Of a DNA stretch of 64,000 bases, positions 27,768 to 36,562 are shown piece after piece; position 1 is the stretch's first letter; each line of letters begins with the position of its first letter. The DNA comes from Candidatus Kerfeldbacteria bacterium (GTDB lineage: Bacteria > Patescibacteriota > Patescibacteriia > SBBC01 > CAIJZX01), in NCBI GenBank assembly GCA_016193315.1, contig JACPSJ010000001.1:663478-727477 (forward strand), in the 5' to 3' direction. The notes beneath the pieces were generated by a model. The model saw only the letters and a program-made list of their open reading frames with translations, was not told where the DNA came from and did no database searches. The translations under genes were made by a program, and so were the position numbers.

Positions 27768-28175
27768 CTAAACGCGCCCTAGTAAAACCGATGGACTATG
27801 TTCGAGTCGTGCCAGCCAGCGCTGATACTGTCGCGGCGGAGACAGAGAATGCCTGTTTTCGGGAGGTGCGGGAACACCTATTGTCTGGAGACTAATCGAA
27901 CCTGCCAGCGCTGCCAAAACCACAAACACTAGGGCTAACAGGAGGCCAGTAAACTGCCACGGCGGCAGTAAGTTACTGGTCAGCGATTGCAAGCTGCTAC
28001 CGTGGAATACAGCGGCTTCCGTAGTAGTCGCGTTCGGACAGACCTCATTCTGGATGGTTGCCGACAGACAGTTGTGGCTTTCGCCGACATGCATGCCGGT
28101 CCACCAAAAGGTAGACAGGCCCAGCAGCCCAATGAGGGCCAGGGTTCCGAGCAGTGTTTTGGTGAGCTGATTCAT
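27768..28175 (-). CDS. Exported/TM protein with H/C motif; possible metal-sensing leader
   Basis: Signal-like N-terminus, MH...HNC-x9-CP, FH, TM helix, C-terminal WLARLEHSPS. Confidence 0.65.
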   Translation of the reverse strand: MNQLTKTLLGTLALIGLLGLSTFWWTGMHVGESHNCLSATIQNEVCPNATTTEAAVFHGSSLQSLTSNLLPPWQFTGLLLALVFVVLAALAGSISLQTIGVPAPPENRHSLSPPRQYQRWLARLEHSPSVLLGRV

Positions 28176-28196
28176 GAGGAATTCTGCTGCAATTCC

Positions 28197-28225
28197 ACGA
28201 TACTACACACTGTAGTAGGTGTCAA
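28197..28225 (-). promoter_or_regulatory. Promoter with overlapping palindromic operator
   Basis: TTGACA-17-TATCGT; perfect IR TACTACA-cac-TGTAGTA at 28201-28217. Confidence 0.6.
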
Positions 28226-28340
28226 GGCGGTCGGCTTTCGCCCGCCAGAAGATGCTTCATCTCTTGTGCCGGCAGGGGCTGGTGAAGGTTATCAGAACTG
28301 AAGTTTTGGGTTCAGCCCGGAGAAATTTTACATTCGCTGT

Positions 28341-28871
28341 TTATACCCTGATAAGCCGTATGATCTTATTCGATACTGCTACTGGTGACAGGTGCGTTGT
28401 TTCAATGGTGTAGTTATTGCCAAATGGAACAGCAGCGGACAAGTCAAACTTTTTCATCAGATCCCTAAGGTTCTTCACGTGTCGGATCTTGGTGAATGCT
28501 TTCCGAGAATGGTGTCGTATCCGTTTTTCAAGCTCATGTTGTGTGCAGGTTAGACGAACGAAAAACACCTGGACTCGACGACGACGCATGCGGCGAAGTA
28601 GTTCTTTCATCTCTTGATCATCTGCTTCAGCTCCATATACGAAGGTGGTAATCACCCCTTTGATGTTGTAGCGGGCAGCCGTTTCCAATAATTCGAAACG
28701 ATATCTTTTGACCAACTCATTATAGGGCTTACTCCCCCAATCAAAAAGGGAACACAGGAGTTCAATGGTCAAGTGATTATGTAGTACTTTAAATCCGGTT
28801 TTCTTGGCAAGTGATCGAGCAACCGTGAGTTTCCCAACTCCCGGTGGACCATACAAAACAATGAGTTTCAT
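28341..28871 (-). CDS. P-loop nucleotide-kinase-like (AAA family) protein
   Basis: LIVLYGPPGVGKLTVA, FKVLHNH, LEKRI. Confidence 0.85.
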   Translation of the reverse strand: MKLIVLYGPPGVGKLTVARSLAKKTGFKVLHNHLTIELLCSLFDWGSKPYNELVKRYRFELLETAARYNIKGVITTFVYGAEADDQEMKELLRRMRRRRVQVFFVRLTCTQHELEKRIRHHSRKAFTKIRHVKNLRDLMKKFDLSAAVPFGNNYTIETTHLSPVAVSNKIIRLIRV

Positions 28872-28893
28872 AGGCTGAGTATAACATAAAATG

Positions 28894-28926
28894 AAAAACG
28901 AGCGGGTAAGGGTGTACCCGCTCGTT
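28894..28926 (-). terminator. Intrinsic terminator of the ABC-F gene
   Basis: aacgagcgggta/tacccgctcgtt IR with T run on the minus strand. Confidence 0.75.
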
Positions 28927-28937
28927 GGCGATTGCAT

Positions 28938-30581
28938 CTAGAGTCTTACTACCAAACGTTTTGCTTCCTGCTCTGCTTGCAACACGTAAGAAGCAAAGTC
29001 TGGCTGGCGGACTAGGTGTCCGTTCGAAAGGACGTAGAAATCCGAGGCCTTGAATCTTTCAAGAAAGTATCGGTCATGAGACACAAGGATGATCGTACCT
29101 TCGTATCTCGAAACCATTTCCTCGAGGGCTTCCAAGGCTTCCAGATCGAGGTGATTCGTGGGCTCATCAAGGACCAGGACATTCACCGACAACGCTGTAA
29201 AGGCTGCGAAAAGGAGGCGGGCACGCCCCCCTGGGGAAAGTGCCACCACTTTCTTCTCAAGTTCTTCAGCAGAGAATCCGTGACGGGCGGCCAAAGCGAA
29301 CGCATCTTGCACACTGACACCCGCCCGTTTCGTCAAGAACTCCTTGAGGCTTGATTCACGTGGTAGGTTGTCGTGTTCCTGCATCAGGTTGCCGAAGGTC
29401 AATCCCCCCCCAACGGATACATCACCATCCAGTGGCCGCAAATCTCCACTAATGGTTTTGAGCAAGGTCGACTTGCCGGATCCGTTGAGTCCAAGGATTA
29501 CAACCCGGCTTCCGTATGGGATGTGAATGTTGATCGGTCCGATCCGGAACTGCTCCCTTGGATATCCCGCAAACAGCCCTTTGAGGGTAATCTCGCGTGA
29601 ACCGTCTGGCTTTGACGCCTGCAAGCGAATCTGGAAAGCTTCTCGTTCGATGGGTTTTTCAATACGCTCCATCTGGTCGATTCGCTTTTCGATTGCCTTG
29701 GCGACCTTGCCCGATCGAGCAGACCGATCACGCTTGAAACCTCGAAGGAACTTGTCGTTATCCCGACCCTTGTATTGCGCACCCTGGGCTGCCTCGGCCT
29801 TTTTGGCCCGTGCTGATTCAGTCAGACGCTGGATTTCTTCTTGTTGTACTTCGTACGCCGCCAGCTGACGAGTCCGTTCCTTCTCGGACTGCCGAAGGTA
29901 ATCGGAGTATCGCCCATTGGTAACTGTCAACTTTCGGGTGTGAAAGTCGATCATCATGATTTTCCGGACCAAGCGATCCAGAAAAAGGCGATCGTGCGAA
30001 ACGATGATACAGGCCATTCGCGATCGTTCCAAGAAGGTCTCCAGCCAAATGAGTGCCAACAGGTCCAAATTGTTCGTCGGTTCGTCAAGTAGCAGTACGT
30101 CGGGATCGGACAATAGCACCCCGGCCATGAAGACCTTGCTTTTCTGTCCTGAAGACAGTGTGTAGATGGGTCGATCGGCGGCCGCTTGGTCGAGTCCAAG
30201 TCCAGCCAGCGTATACTGCATGCGATGCTCGAAGGAGTACCCTTGCCGGTGCTCAAACTCAGCCATTGCATCGGACGACTGCGAAGCACGCTGTTCAAGG
30301 CTCTGCATGCCGGAAATGCGATGTACATATTGCCGCACGGACTCATCACTGACCAAGCTGGTGTCTTGCGGGAGGTATCCAACCACCAGTCCTTGTCGGC
30401 GAGTCACTTCGCCAGCATCGGCTTCGATCTCTCCGGCCAGGATCTTAAGCAGGGTTGACTTGCCGGAACCGTTGTTTCCGACTAACCCAACCTTTTGCCC
30501 TTGCGACAGGGAAAACGTGATGTCATCGAGTACGGTTTTTATACCGTACATCTTCTGAATGTGTTCAGTTCGAAGTTCCAT
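28938..30581 (-). CDS. ABC-F family ATP-binding protein
   Basis: Two NBDs (GNNGSGKST/LDEPTNNLD/SHDR and GLNGSGKST/LDEPTNHLD/SHDR) with coiled linker and no TM. Confidence 0.93.
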   Translation of the reverse strand: MELRTEHIQKMYGIKTVLDDITFSLSQGQKVGLVGNNGSGKSTLLKILAGEIEADAGEVTRRQGLVVGYLPQDTSLVSDESVRQYVHRISGMQSLEQRASQSSDAMAEFEHRQGYSFEHRMQYTLAGLGLDQAAADRPIYTLSSGQKSKVFMAGVLLSDPDVLLLDEPTNNLDLLALIWLETFLERSRMACIIVSHDRLFLDRLVRKIMMIDFHTRKLTVTNGRYSDYLRQSEKERTRQLAAYEVQQEEIQRLTESARAKKAEAAQGAQYKGRDNDKFLRGFKRDRSARSGKVAKAIEKRIDQMERIEKPIEREAFQIRLQASKPDGSREITLKGLFAGYPREQFRIGPINIHIPYGSRVVILGLNGSGKSTLLKTISGDLRPLDGDVSVGGGLTFGNLMQEHDNLPRESSLKEFLTKRAGVSVQDAFALAARHGFSAEELEKKVVALSPGGRARLLFAAFTALSVNVLVLDEPTNHLDLEALEALEEMVSRYEGTIILVSHDRYFLERFKASDFYVLSNGHLVRQPDFASYVLQAEQEAKRLVVRL

Positions 30582-30706
30582 GGATGTCTTCTCCTTATTG
30601 TAGCCCGGATATCTCATCCAGGAAATATTGTCAAGGAACCACTAAAACGACTTGGTAAACTGACTGATAATTACACCATAAATCAAGCCCTGTCAATACC
30701 CAAAAG

Positions 30707-30735
30707 AAAAGCCCCGCACAGGTTGCATGCGGGGT
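30707..30735 (-). terminator. Intrinsic terminator after the MTAP gene
   Basis: ccccgca/tgcgggg IR with T run on the minus strand. Confidence 0.7.
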
Positions 30736-30740
30736 TGAGA

Positions 30741-31607
30741 CTACGTGCCTTGCCAGAAATAAGGTTCTACTCCACGCTGGGCACACGAACAACTGAGGAT
30801 GTTAGGAGCGATTGCCAGGAAACGCTCAATCAACTCGTTGGTCTGCCGCGTGTTCGTGTGAAAGGCCTCGAGAACACGATCCATGGAACCTGGCTGCATG
30901 GAAATAGCACTGGGTACGCCAACGTCGTAGTCAGTCACTGATGCGACAGCGCCGTAGCAGATGCCGAGTTCGCGAGCGAAATAACACTCAGGATACTGGG
31001 TCATGTTCACGATGTCGCCGCCCCATTGCGCGAACAACTTGCTTTCGGCCATGGTGGCGAAACGAGGACCCTGGATCACTACGACGCATCCGCTTGAGTG
31101 GACGGTCAGGCCGAGAGAACTCAACTCTTTCGTGACCGCTTGGCGAATACTCGAACAGTACGGATACGCCATAGGCAAGTGCACGAGTCGCCGATCGACA
31201 TCGAACGTGTCGTCGCGCCCCCAAGTCAGGTTGATGAACTGGTCAGGAACAACGAAGTCTCCGGGCCCGATCTCTTCCCGTAGGCTGCCGACGACGCACG
31301 TTGCCAGGACGTGACACACTCCCATAGCTTTCAGCGCCGCCAGGTTGGCCTTGTACGGGACACGATGTGGAGGAATCGTGTGGTCATATCCGTGTCGAGG
31401 AATGAATGCGACGCTGACGGAACCTTGCTCAAACAAGCTGACAGGTGCCGAGGGCTTTCCGTGGGACGTATCCACATCGATACGTTGTGCTCGTTCAAGC
31501 TGTGGAATCGTGCAGAGACCGGAGCCTCCGATGATTCCAATGAGACGTTTCTCCCCGCCGGGGTTCGATTGCTCGGTCCGCCGGGAGGAGAGACCAGATG
31601 AGTTCAC
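30741..31607 (-). CDS. mtnP: S-methyl-5'-thioadenosine phosphorylase family protein
   Basis: IGIIGGSG, PRHG..HTIPPH, VGSL, PDQFI, QGPRFATMAES, VNMTQYPE, VTDYD. GTG 31607 has SD AGGAGGT and overlaps the radical SAM 3' end. Confidence 0.9.
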   Translation of the reverse strand: MNSSGLSSRRTEQSNPGGEKRLIGIIGGSGLCTIPQLERAQRIDVDTSHGKPSAPVSLFEQGSVSVAFIPRHGYDHTIPPHRVPYKANLAALKAMGVCHVLATCVVGSLREEIGPGDFVVPDQFINLTWGRDDTFDVDRRLVHLPMAYPYCSSIRQAVTKELSSLGLTVHSSGCVVVIQGPRFATMAESKLFAQWGGDIVNMTQYPECYFARELGICYGAVASVTDYDVGVPSAISMQPGSMDRVLEAFHTNTRQTNELIERFLAIAPNILSCSCAQRGVEPYFWQGT

Positions 31608-32946
31608 ATTGCACCTCCTGAGCGAACGTTGCGTTACAGACATCCTCGGCAGTTTCGCTGCCGTGGACCTCATACGAACTCCAGGCGCATCCACCGCCGT
31701 GCAAAGCGTTGGCAACCATGTTCTTGCCCATTTCCTGGTTGAAGATAGGCAAACGGTTTTGCCAAAGCCGCACAGTTGGAGAATTGCCGATTTGGAACTT
31801 CTGAGAAAGCTCCCTGACATGTCCGTGGTCATGACGTTGAAACGGGCAGTTTCCCACTTGGCCATCCGCTTGGATAACCAACTGGTTCCCGTAGCACGTG
31901 CAATCAACTGGATAGGGCAGACCGGTTCGCAGTGACTCTAACCTCTTCTGTAGCTGATACTCGTAGAAGGAGTCATCGTCCGACTGACCAAGCCCCTCCA
32001 GAACCGCCTGGGCGGCAGCCTTCGCGTAAGCAGCTGACTCCGCGAAAGAGAGCAGGCGCAGAGGTAAACCTTTGAGTAGGTTGAGGCCAAAGCCTTGCAC
32101 TCCTGCCGCCTTGAGCTGCGCTCGGAATTCCGGGATTCGCTGGATGTTATCCGGCGTCATTGTGGTCGACACCACCACCTGGACATCTTGTGTGACGAGA
32201 GCGTCGATAGCGTGGGTAATAACCGCACTCGTGCCTGTGTTCTCGCAAGTCCTTCGCGTCTTGTCGTTGGTGTCGCCCGGACCATCCATGCCAAGTGCGA
32301 CCTTGACGCTATAACGCTTGAGGAAATTCGCCAACCGCCCGTCGATCAACTGACCGTTCGTGCACAGCATTAACTCCAGCTTGGCTGGCAATCTCCCGGA
32401 CTCCTTTTCTGTCACGATTGCTGGCAGCAATTGTTCGAGAACCGAGCGGTTCAACAGTGGCTCACCACCATACATGATGACGAAATACGGCTCGTCATCA
32501 GGTGGGTACGCTTCGATATGCCGTCGCCACATGTCGACGCCCGCCATCGCATCTTCAAAAGTGAGCAAACGCTCACCGTAAAGCTTGGCTAGATCTGGAA
32601 TTGGACAACCTGTACATTTCCAGTTACAACCCTGTGCCAGCATCAGGTAGAGGATAGTTGGGCGTTGTAGTCTATGTCTTGCCAGAGATTGCGCGTCGGC
32701 AAGATCTACCTCATCAATTTGCTCGTCTGAATTAATGAGGCCTCGAACCTGCCAGTCTCTCACGAACTTTTCCGCAAGAGCCTGATTTTCGCCCGTCGCT
32801 AGGAAACCCTGGACTGCTGACCACTGGTCGGATGTTGTGAAGAGAGGTTCTGGGTGCAGTTGATGAAAAGCTGCAACCAGTCCGTCTCTCTCAAGCACTC
32901 GTAAGAACCGAGATCGGATTGGCCGCAAGTCATTCCACGCGTGCAT
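31495..32946 (-). CDS. Radical SAM protein with SPASM/Twitch-like domain
   Basis: CNWKCTGC, YGGEPLL, TNG, MDGP, CTC...ADGQVGNCP, GGGCA; SD AGGGAGG. Confidence 0.92.
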   Translation of the reverse strand: MHAWNDLRPIRSRFLRVLERDGLVAAFHQLHPEPLFTTSDQWSAVQGFLATGENQALAEKFVRDWQVRGLINSDEQIDEVDLADAQSLARHRLQRPTILYLMLAQGCNWKCTGCPIPDLAKLYGERLLTFEDAMAGVDMWRRHIEAYPPDDEPYFVIMYGGEPLLNRSVLEQLLPAIVTEKESGRLPAKLELMLCTNGQLIDGRLANFLKRYSVKVALGMDGPGDTNDKTRRTCENTGTSAVITHAIDALVTQDVQVVVSTTMTPDNIQRIPEFRAQLKAAGVQGFGLNLLKGLPLRLLSFAESAAYAKAAAQAVLEGLGQSDDDSFYEYQLQKRLESLRTGLPYPVDCTCYGNQLVIQADGQVGNCPFQRHDHGHVRELSQKFQIGNSPTVRLWQNRLPIFNQEMGKNMVANALHGGGCAWSSYEVHGSETAEDVCNATFAQEVQCELIWSLLPADRAIEPRRGETSHWNHRRLRSLHDSTA

Positions 32947-33023
32947 TGTAAACCTCCCTAAAAAGAGACCCTTGATCCGGTGAAGGAGCAGGGGTCAGGG
33001 TTGACGCCGACAGGGTTGTCGGA

Positions 33024-33209
33024 TCACGCATCCAGCATCGGATTGGTACGCGCTTCGCGCCACTGCTCCTTGGTGAGCTTGACCTTGCCGCCGAAATCGT
33101 CGGCGATGGTCACCTCGTCGGAGTCGTGGTTGATCTCCACCGTCGGGCAGCAGCCCTGAACACCGCAGAGGGTGTGACGAGTGATGTTCGGAACCTTGTC
33201 CTGAGCCAT
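33024..33209 (-). CDS. 61-aa Cys-containing peptide; candidate radical SAM substrate
   Basis: LCGVQGCCPTVEI motif, SD AGGGAGG, first gene after the promoter. Confidence 0.75.
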   Translation of the reverse strand: MAQDKVPNITRHTLCGVQGCCPTVEINHDSDEVTIADDFGGKVKLTKEQWREARTNPMLDA

Positions 33210-33272
33210 TGTAGGGATCCTCCCTATTCGGGTGTGAAGGTGCTCCTAGAGCGATTTGCTCTAATTGGACGC

Positions 33273-33300
33273 ATCTTAGCAATCGCCTCTCTTTTGTCAA
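33273..33300 (-). promoter_or_regulatory. Promoter of the peptide-rSAM-MTAP operon
   Basis: TTGACA-16-TGcTAAGAT. Confidence 0.6.
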
Positions 33301-33381
33301 GCGCCGTCGCGACGGCGCATTCTGGTTCTAACCTAACTTCGCCCTCTTAATGGAGGGGTAATGAATATTAATCGAAAAGTG

Positions 33382-33491
33382 TGGCAGGGGCACTAGGATT
33401 CGTCCCTGGGCAGCGGCGACTTGCCACTGACAACTCGCCGGACGCTTGAGCTTCGCCTTAAGCTCGCTCTCGCTCCTGCCCTTCGAATCCT
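33382..33491. repeat. 21-bp copy of the tRNA-Trp 3' end fused to a multibranched palindromic element
   Basis: tggcaggggcactaggattcg at 33382-33402 equals 33542-33562; IRs aggattcg/cgaatcct, gggcag/ctgccc, cggcga/tcgccg. Confidence 0.8.
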
Positions 33492-33541
33492 CCCGTAGAG
33501 GTTGAATAATTTGTTGGGTTGCTTTGCGAAGTGGTTCTTTT

Positions 33542-33615
33542 TGGCAGGGGCACTAGGATTCGAACCTAGAATAGAGGTTTTGGAGACCTCCGTGATACCG
33601 TTTCACCATGCCCCC
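33542..33615 (-). tRNA. tRNA-Trp(CCA)
   Basis: GGGGGCATGGTGAAACGGTATCACGGAGGTCTCCAAAACCTCTATTCTAGGTTCGAATCCTAGTGCCCCTGCCA. Confidence 0.96.
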
Positions 33616-33642
33616 ACAACGGGCATATTGTACCGATTCCGG

Positions 33643-34086
33643 TTATTTTGTCGAGTCAGATGACTGCGTCCGGACCCAATCCTGGGCCTCCTTCAGACTC
33701 TTGCAGAAACGGACCTTGGGTCGTGCATCCCGGGTGATCATGAACGTTTGGGTGATAAACTTCTGCCAGGAAGTAAAATCGAGCATCGCCACGCGTCGCG
33801 TCTTCGGATCTTTAATCATCTGGGTAAACACCATGCGCATCGCCAGCGGCGGATTGTAATGGGCCGGTAACCGTTTCAAACTAACAATAGCGTCCCACTG
33901 GCGCGACGGATCGGCGCGTTTCAACTGTTCATAAAGATCGCGCGCCCAGTGCGCTTCACCTACCGTATCACGATGCTCTTCGACGCGTGGCCCTAACGTT
34001 AACTCCAGCACCTCGTCCTGATTGATCCGCCACGACCCGCCGGTCGGTGTATATTCTTGAGCTCGCAGTTCGGCCGGGATACCCAT
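33643..34086 (-). CDS. Hypothetical protein, possibly STAS/SEC14-like
   Basis: RRVAML and C-terminal FCKSLKEAQDWV pattern; starts 4 bp after rpmG. Confidence 0.6.
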   Translation of the reverse strand: MGIPAELRAQEYTPTGGSWRINQDEVLELTLGPRVEEHRDTVGEAHWARDLYEQLKRADPSRQWDAIVSLKRLPAHYNPPLAMRMVFTQMIKDPKTRRVAMLDFTSWQKFITQTFMITRDARPKVRFCKSLKEAQDWVRTQSSDSTK

Positions 34087-34090
34087 AACG

Positions 34091-34246
34091 TTATTTAACC
34101 TCTTTGTGCAGGGTGTGTTTCTTATCCCACCGACAATACTTCTTGAGTTCGATCTTGTTCTTGAGTTTCTTTTTGTTCCGCGTGCTGTGGTAGTTGATGT
34201 GCTTGCAAATCGTGCACTGGAGTTTGATGAGGTTGTCCTGCGGCAT
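34091..34246 (-). CDS. rpmG: 50S ribosomal protein L33
   Basis: MPQDNLIKLQCTICKHINYHSTRNKKKLKNKIELKKYCRWDKKHTLHKEVK; below the ORF-track cutoff. Confidence 0.96.
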   Translation of the reverse strand: MPQDNLIKLQCTICKHINYHSTRNKKKLKNKIELKKYCRWDKKHTLHKEVK

Positions 34247-34271
34247 ACAGTTTAAGTTAATGACTTTATCT

Positions 34272-34363
34272 TGGAGCCAGGACGATGCGAACCGCCGACC
34301 TGCTGTATTTCCCGCGCCAGCCTGGAGCCAGTGGTCGGATTTGAACCGACGACCTTCGCTTTA
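34272..34363 (-). pseudogene. Two tRNA-Thr-like 3' halves (34323-34363 well formed, 34272-34310 degenerate)
   Basis: TAAAGCGAAGGTCGTCGGTTCAAATCCGACCACTGGCTCCA and ...CAGGTCGGCGGTTCGCATCGTCCTGGCTCCA. Confidence 0.75.
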
Positions 34364-34380
34364 TCCCGCCCCACAAGCCC

Positions 34381-34455
34381 TGGAGCCCACGGTCAGATTC
34401 GAACTGACGACCGGCTGTTTACAAAACAGCTGCTCTGCCCCTGAGCTACGTGGGC
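34381..34455 (-). tRNA. tRNA-Thr(TGT)
   Basis: GCCCACGTAGCTCAGGGGCAGAGCAGCTGTTTTGTAAACAGCCGGTCGTCAGTTCGAATCTGACCGTGGGCTCCA; flanked by a 17-bp IR (34364-34380 / 34452-34468). Confidence 0.96.
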
Positions 34456-34537
34456 TTGTGGGGCGGGACTCTTGACCCCGTTTCATGGTGCCTGGTCGGG
34501 GTGATACGAGTCATTCAATCTAGTATATACTATCACC

Positions 34538-36469
34538 ATGGGTTTCCCCGGTTTATCCCGGCGCGATATCTGGATCGGCGCCACGCTGATTGTCATCCCG
34601 GTGCTGTTCGCGTTGCCAACGATCACGAAAAACCTCCCGCTTTCGCCAGGAGATTATATCAACCAGTATTATATCTGGCAATCCTATTTCGTCAAGTCGA
34701 TCCAGAGTTTCAACATTCCGTTTTGGAACCCATGGGTCTTTGGCGGGGCTCCGTTTTTTGCCAACCCGCAAACCGCCGCGCTGTCTCCCTTTTCGTGGAT
34801 GCTACTCCCCTTTCATCCAAATCCTGTCCTGCCGGGGTTCATCCTCGACCTGCAGTTTTGTTTTATCGTCGGAGTCGGGACGCTCGGCGTCTACCTCTGG
34901 TTACGCCGATGGTTTTCCGAATTGCCTTCAACCCTCGGCGCGGGCCTATGGTTCTTCAGCCCGGTTGGACTCTGGTTACTTCGTGACTCGACGACCGCCA
35001 TGGCAACTATCGCCTGGTGGCCGTTTCTCCTGTACTTTACCGACCGACTAATCGATCGCCGGTCTCGGCGCGGGGTCGCCGCTCTGGCCGGGACGATTGC
35101 GCTCAGCTGGTTCGCCGGTCATCCGCCGACGTTTGTCGCCAGTTTGCTCGGTCTGGGCCTGTACGGCATTGCTCGGATCGGCAAGTCGTGGCGAACATGG
35201 AGGGCTATGGTGGTGGCCACGTGTTCCGGTCTCGGGCTGGCGGCCGTGCAACTCTTCCCAGCGTTGGACTTCGTCGCGCAAACCACGCAGGTCGCGGTGA
35301 CAGCTGGCAATGCCCTGCCAACCATAACGCCGTTCGGCCTGTCGGCGTCCGTTGTGACGGCCGATGCATATCGATTCGTGCCGGTGACGATCGGAGTAGT
35401 CCCACTCCTATTTGTCATCATCGCCTGGCGACACCGCGTCCACTCCGTCCTGGGCGCGTGGATGAAATTTTGTGTCCTCGGGACGATCGCATTGGCCGCG
35501 ATCATCGCCGCTCGCGAGTGGCTGGCAACGGTGCCATTCATCCATAACCTCGTGCGTTATCCGTGGCGGTACGTCTTCCTCCCATTAACCGCCGTCCTGC
35601 CGATGGCGGTGGCCGGTTTCGCCGGATGGAACAACACTGTCCGTTCACGCCGGCGTACAACCCAGAAGCTGATCGTCACTCTGGGGCTATTCGGCCTGGC
35701 AGTTTCCGTCACCAACACGAATTGGATTTCGACGGCCTCAATTGCTGGCAGTACCATCATCCTTCTCTTGACCACGTTCCGATTTGATATGGAACGCTCT
35801 TCTTCGCGCTTGCTCATCGCCGTGGTGGCGCTCGCGTCCGTCGCCCTGACCTGGAGCCGGGCGTTACCGGATAGTTCAGGACGGACGTGGACGGAGATTT
35901 CCCGACAATTCGCTGTCCTGCGCCAAGCTCCTGACACCGGCGACCGAATCGTGACCGGCGGAGACAAACTCCGAGGGAACGGTTCGATGCTCTATTCCCG
36001 CCCGAACGTCGGCGGCTACGATTCTCTCCTCCTCCGGTCCTACCGCCGGCTGGAAAGGAATGGCGGGTCGGCCGGCCTAAACGGTCGATGGCGGTTGAAC
36101 GGAGTCCGTTGGGAGGAACAGCTAGCCCGGAGGCGAGCATGGGTTGAAGGTCAACGGTCAGACGTCCAGGTTTACCGAGCATCCACTGGTCGGTTGACAG
36201 TACGAGTCGAAACCACCTGGCCCGGTCGATTGGTACTCAACCAACCGTATGAAAAGAACTGGTCAGCTTCAGCTGGTAGCGATCTGGATCTTCCGACCGA
36301 ACCAAACCGTCAAGGATACCTGACCGTGCAAGTGCCGGCGGGAAGAACTCAAATCAACCTCCGATATCTCCCGGGAGGACTATTTACCGGCTTCCTGGTT
36401 ACGACCCTGACAGTAGCCTGGCTTCTCTGGTGGAACCGGCCAACGGTGGTAAAACGGCCGGACAGTTAA
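34538..36469 (+). CDS. YfhO-like GT-C membrane glycosyltransferase
   Basis: PFWNPWVFGGAPFFANPQ, AGHP, AAVQLFP, VRYPWRY, GGYDSL, many TM helices. Confidence 0.82.
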   Translation: MGFPGLSRRDIWIGATLIVIPVLFALPTITKNLPLSPGDYINQYYIWQSYFVKSIQSFNIPFWNPWVFGGAPFFANPQTAALSPFSWMLLPFHPNPVLPGFILDLQFCFIVGVGTLGVYLWLRRWFSELPSTLGAGLWFFSPVGLWLLRDSTTAMATIAWWPFLLYFTDRLIDRRSRRGVAALAGTIALSWFAGHPPTFVASLLGLGLYGIARIGKSWRTWRAMVVATCSGLGLAAVQLFPALDFVAQTTQVAVTAGNALPTITPFGLSASVVTADAYRFVPVTIGVVPLLFVIIAWRHRVHSVLGAWMKFCVLGTIALAAIIAAREWLATVPFIHNLVRYPWRYVFLPLTAVLPMAVAGFAGWNNTVRSRRRTTQKLIVTLGLFGLAVSVTNTNWISTASIAGSTIILLLTTFRFDMERSSSRLLIAVVALASVALTWSRALPDSSGRTWTEISRQFAVLRQAPDTGDRIVTGGDKLRGNGSMLYSRPNVGGYDSLLLRSYRRLERNGGSAGLNGRWRLNGVRWEEQLARRRAWVEGQRSDVQVYRASTGRLTVRVETTWPGRLVLNQPYEKNWSASAGSDLDLPTEPNRQGYLTVQVPAGRTQINLRYLPGGLFTGFLVTTLTVAWLLWWNRPTVVKRPDS

Positions 36470-36562
36470 CTCTCCTCTCGCCACCATGCCTGGAGCCGAT
36501 GTCGCCGCCATTCGACGGGGTGACCCAGCCCTTACCATGGCGTTGCCCTGCCTGCCCGAACC

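Noticed and set aside
31608-31907. Long N-terminal extension on MTAP in the ORF track
   Set aside because: It overlaps the radical SAM gene; GTG 31607 with a strong SD is the better start.
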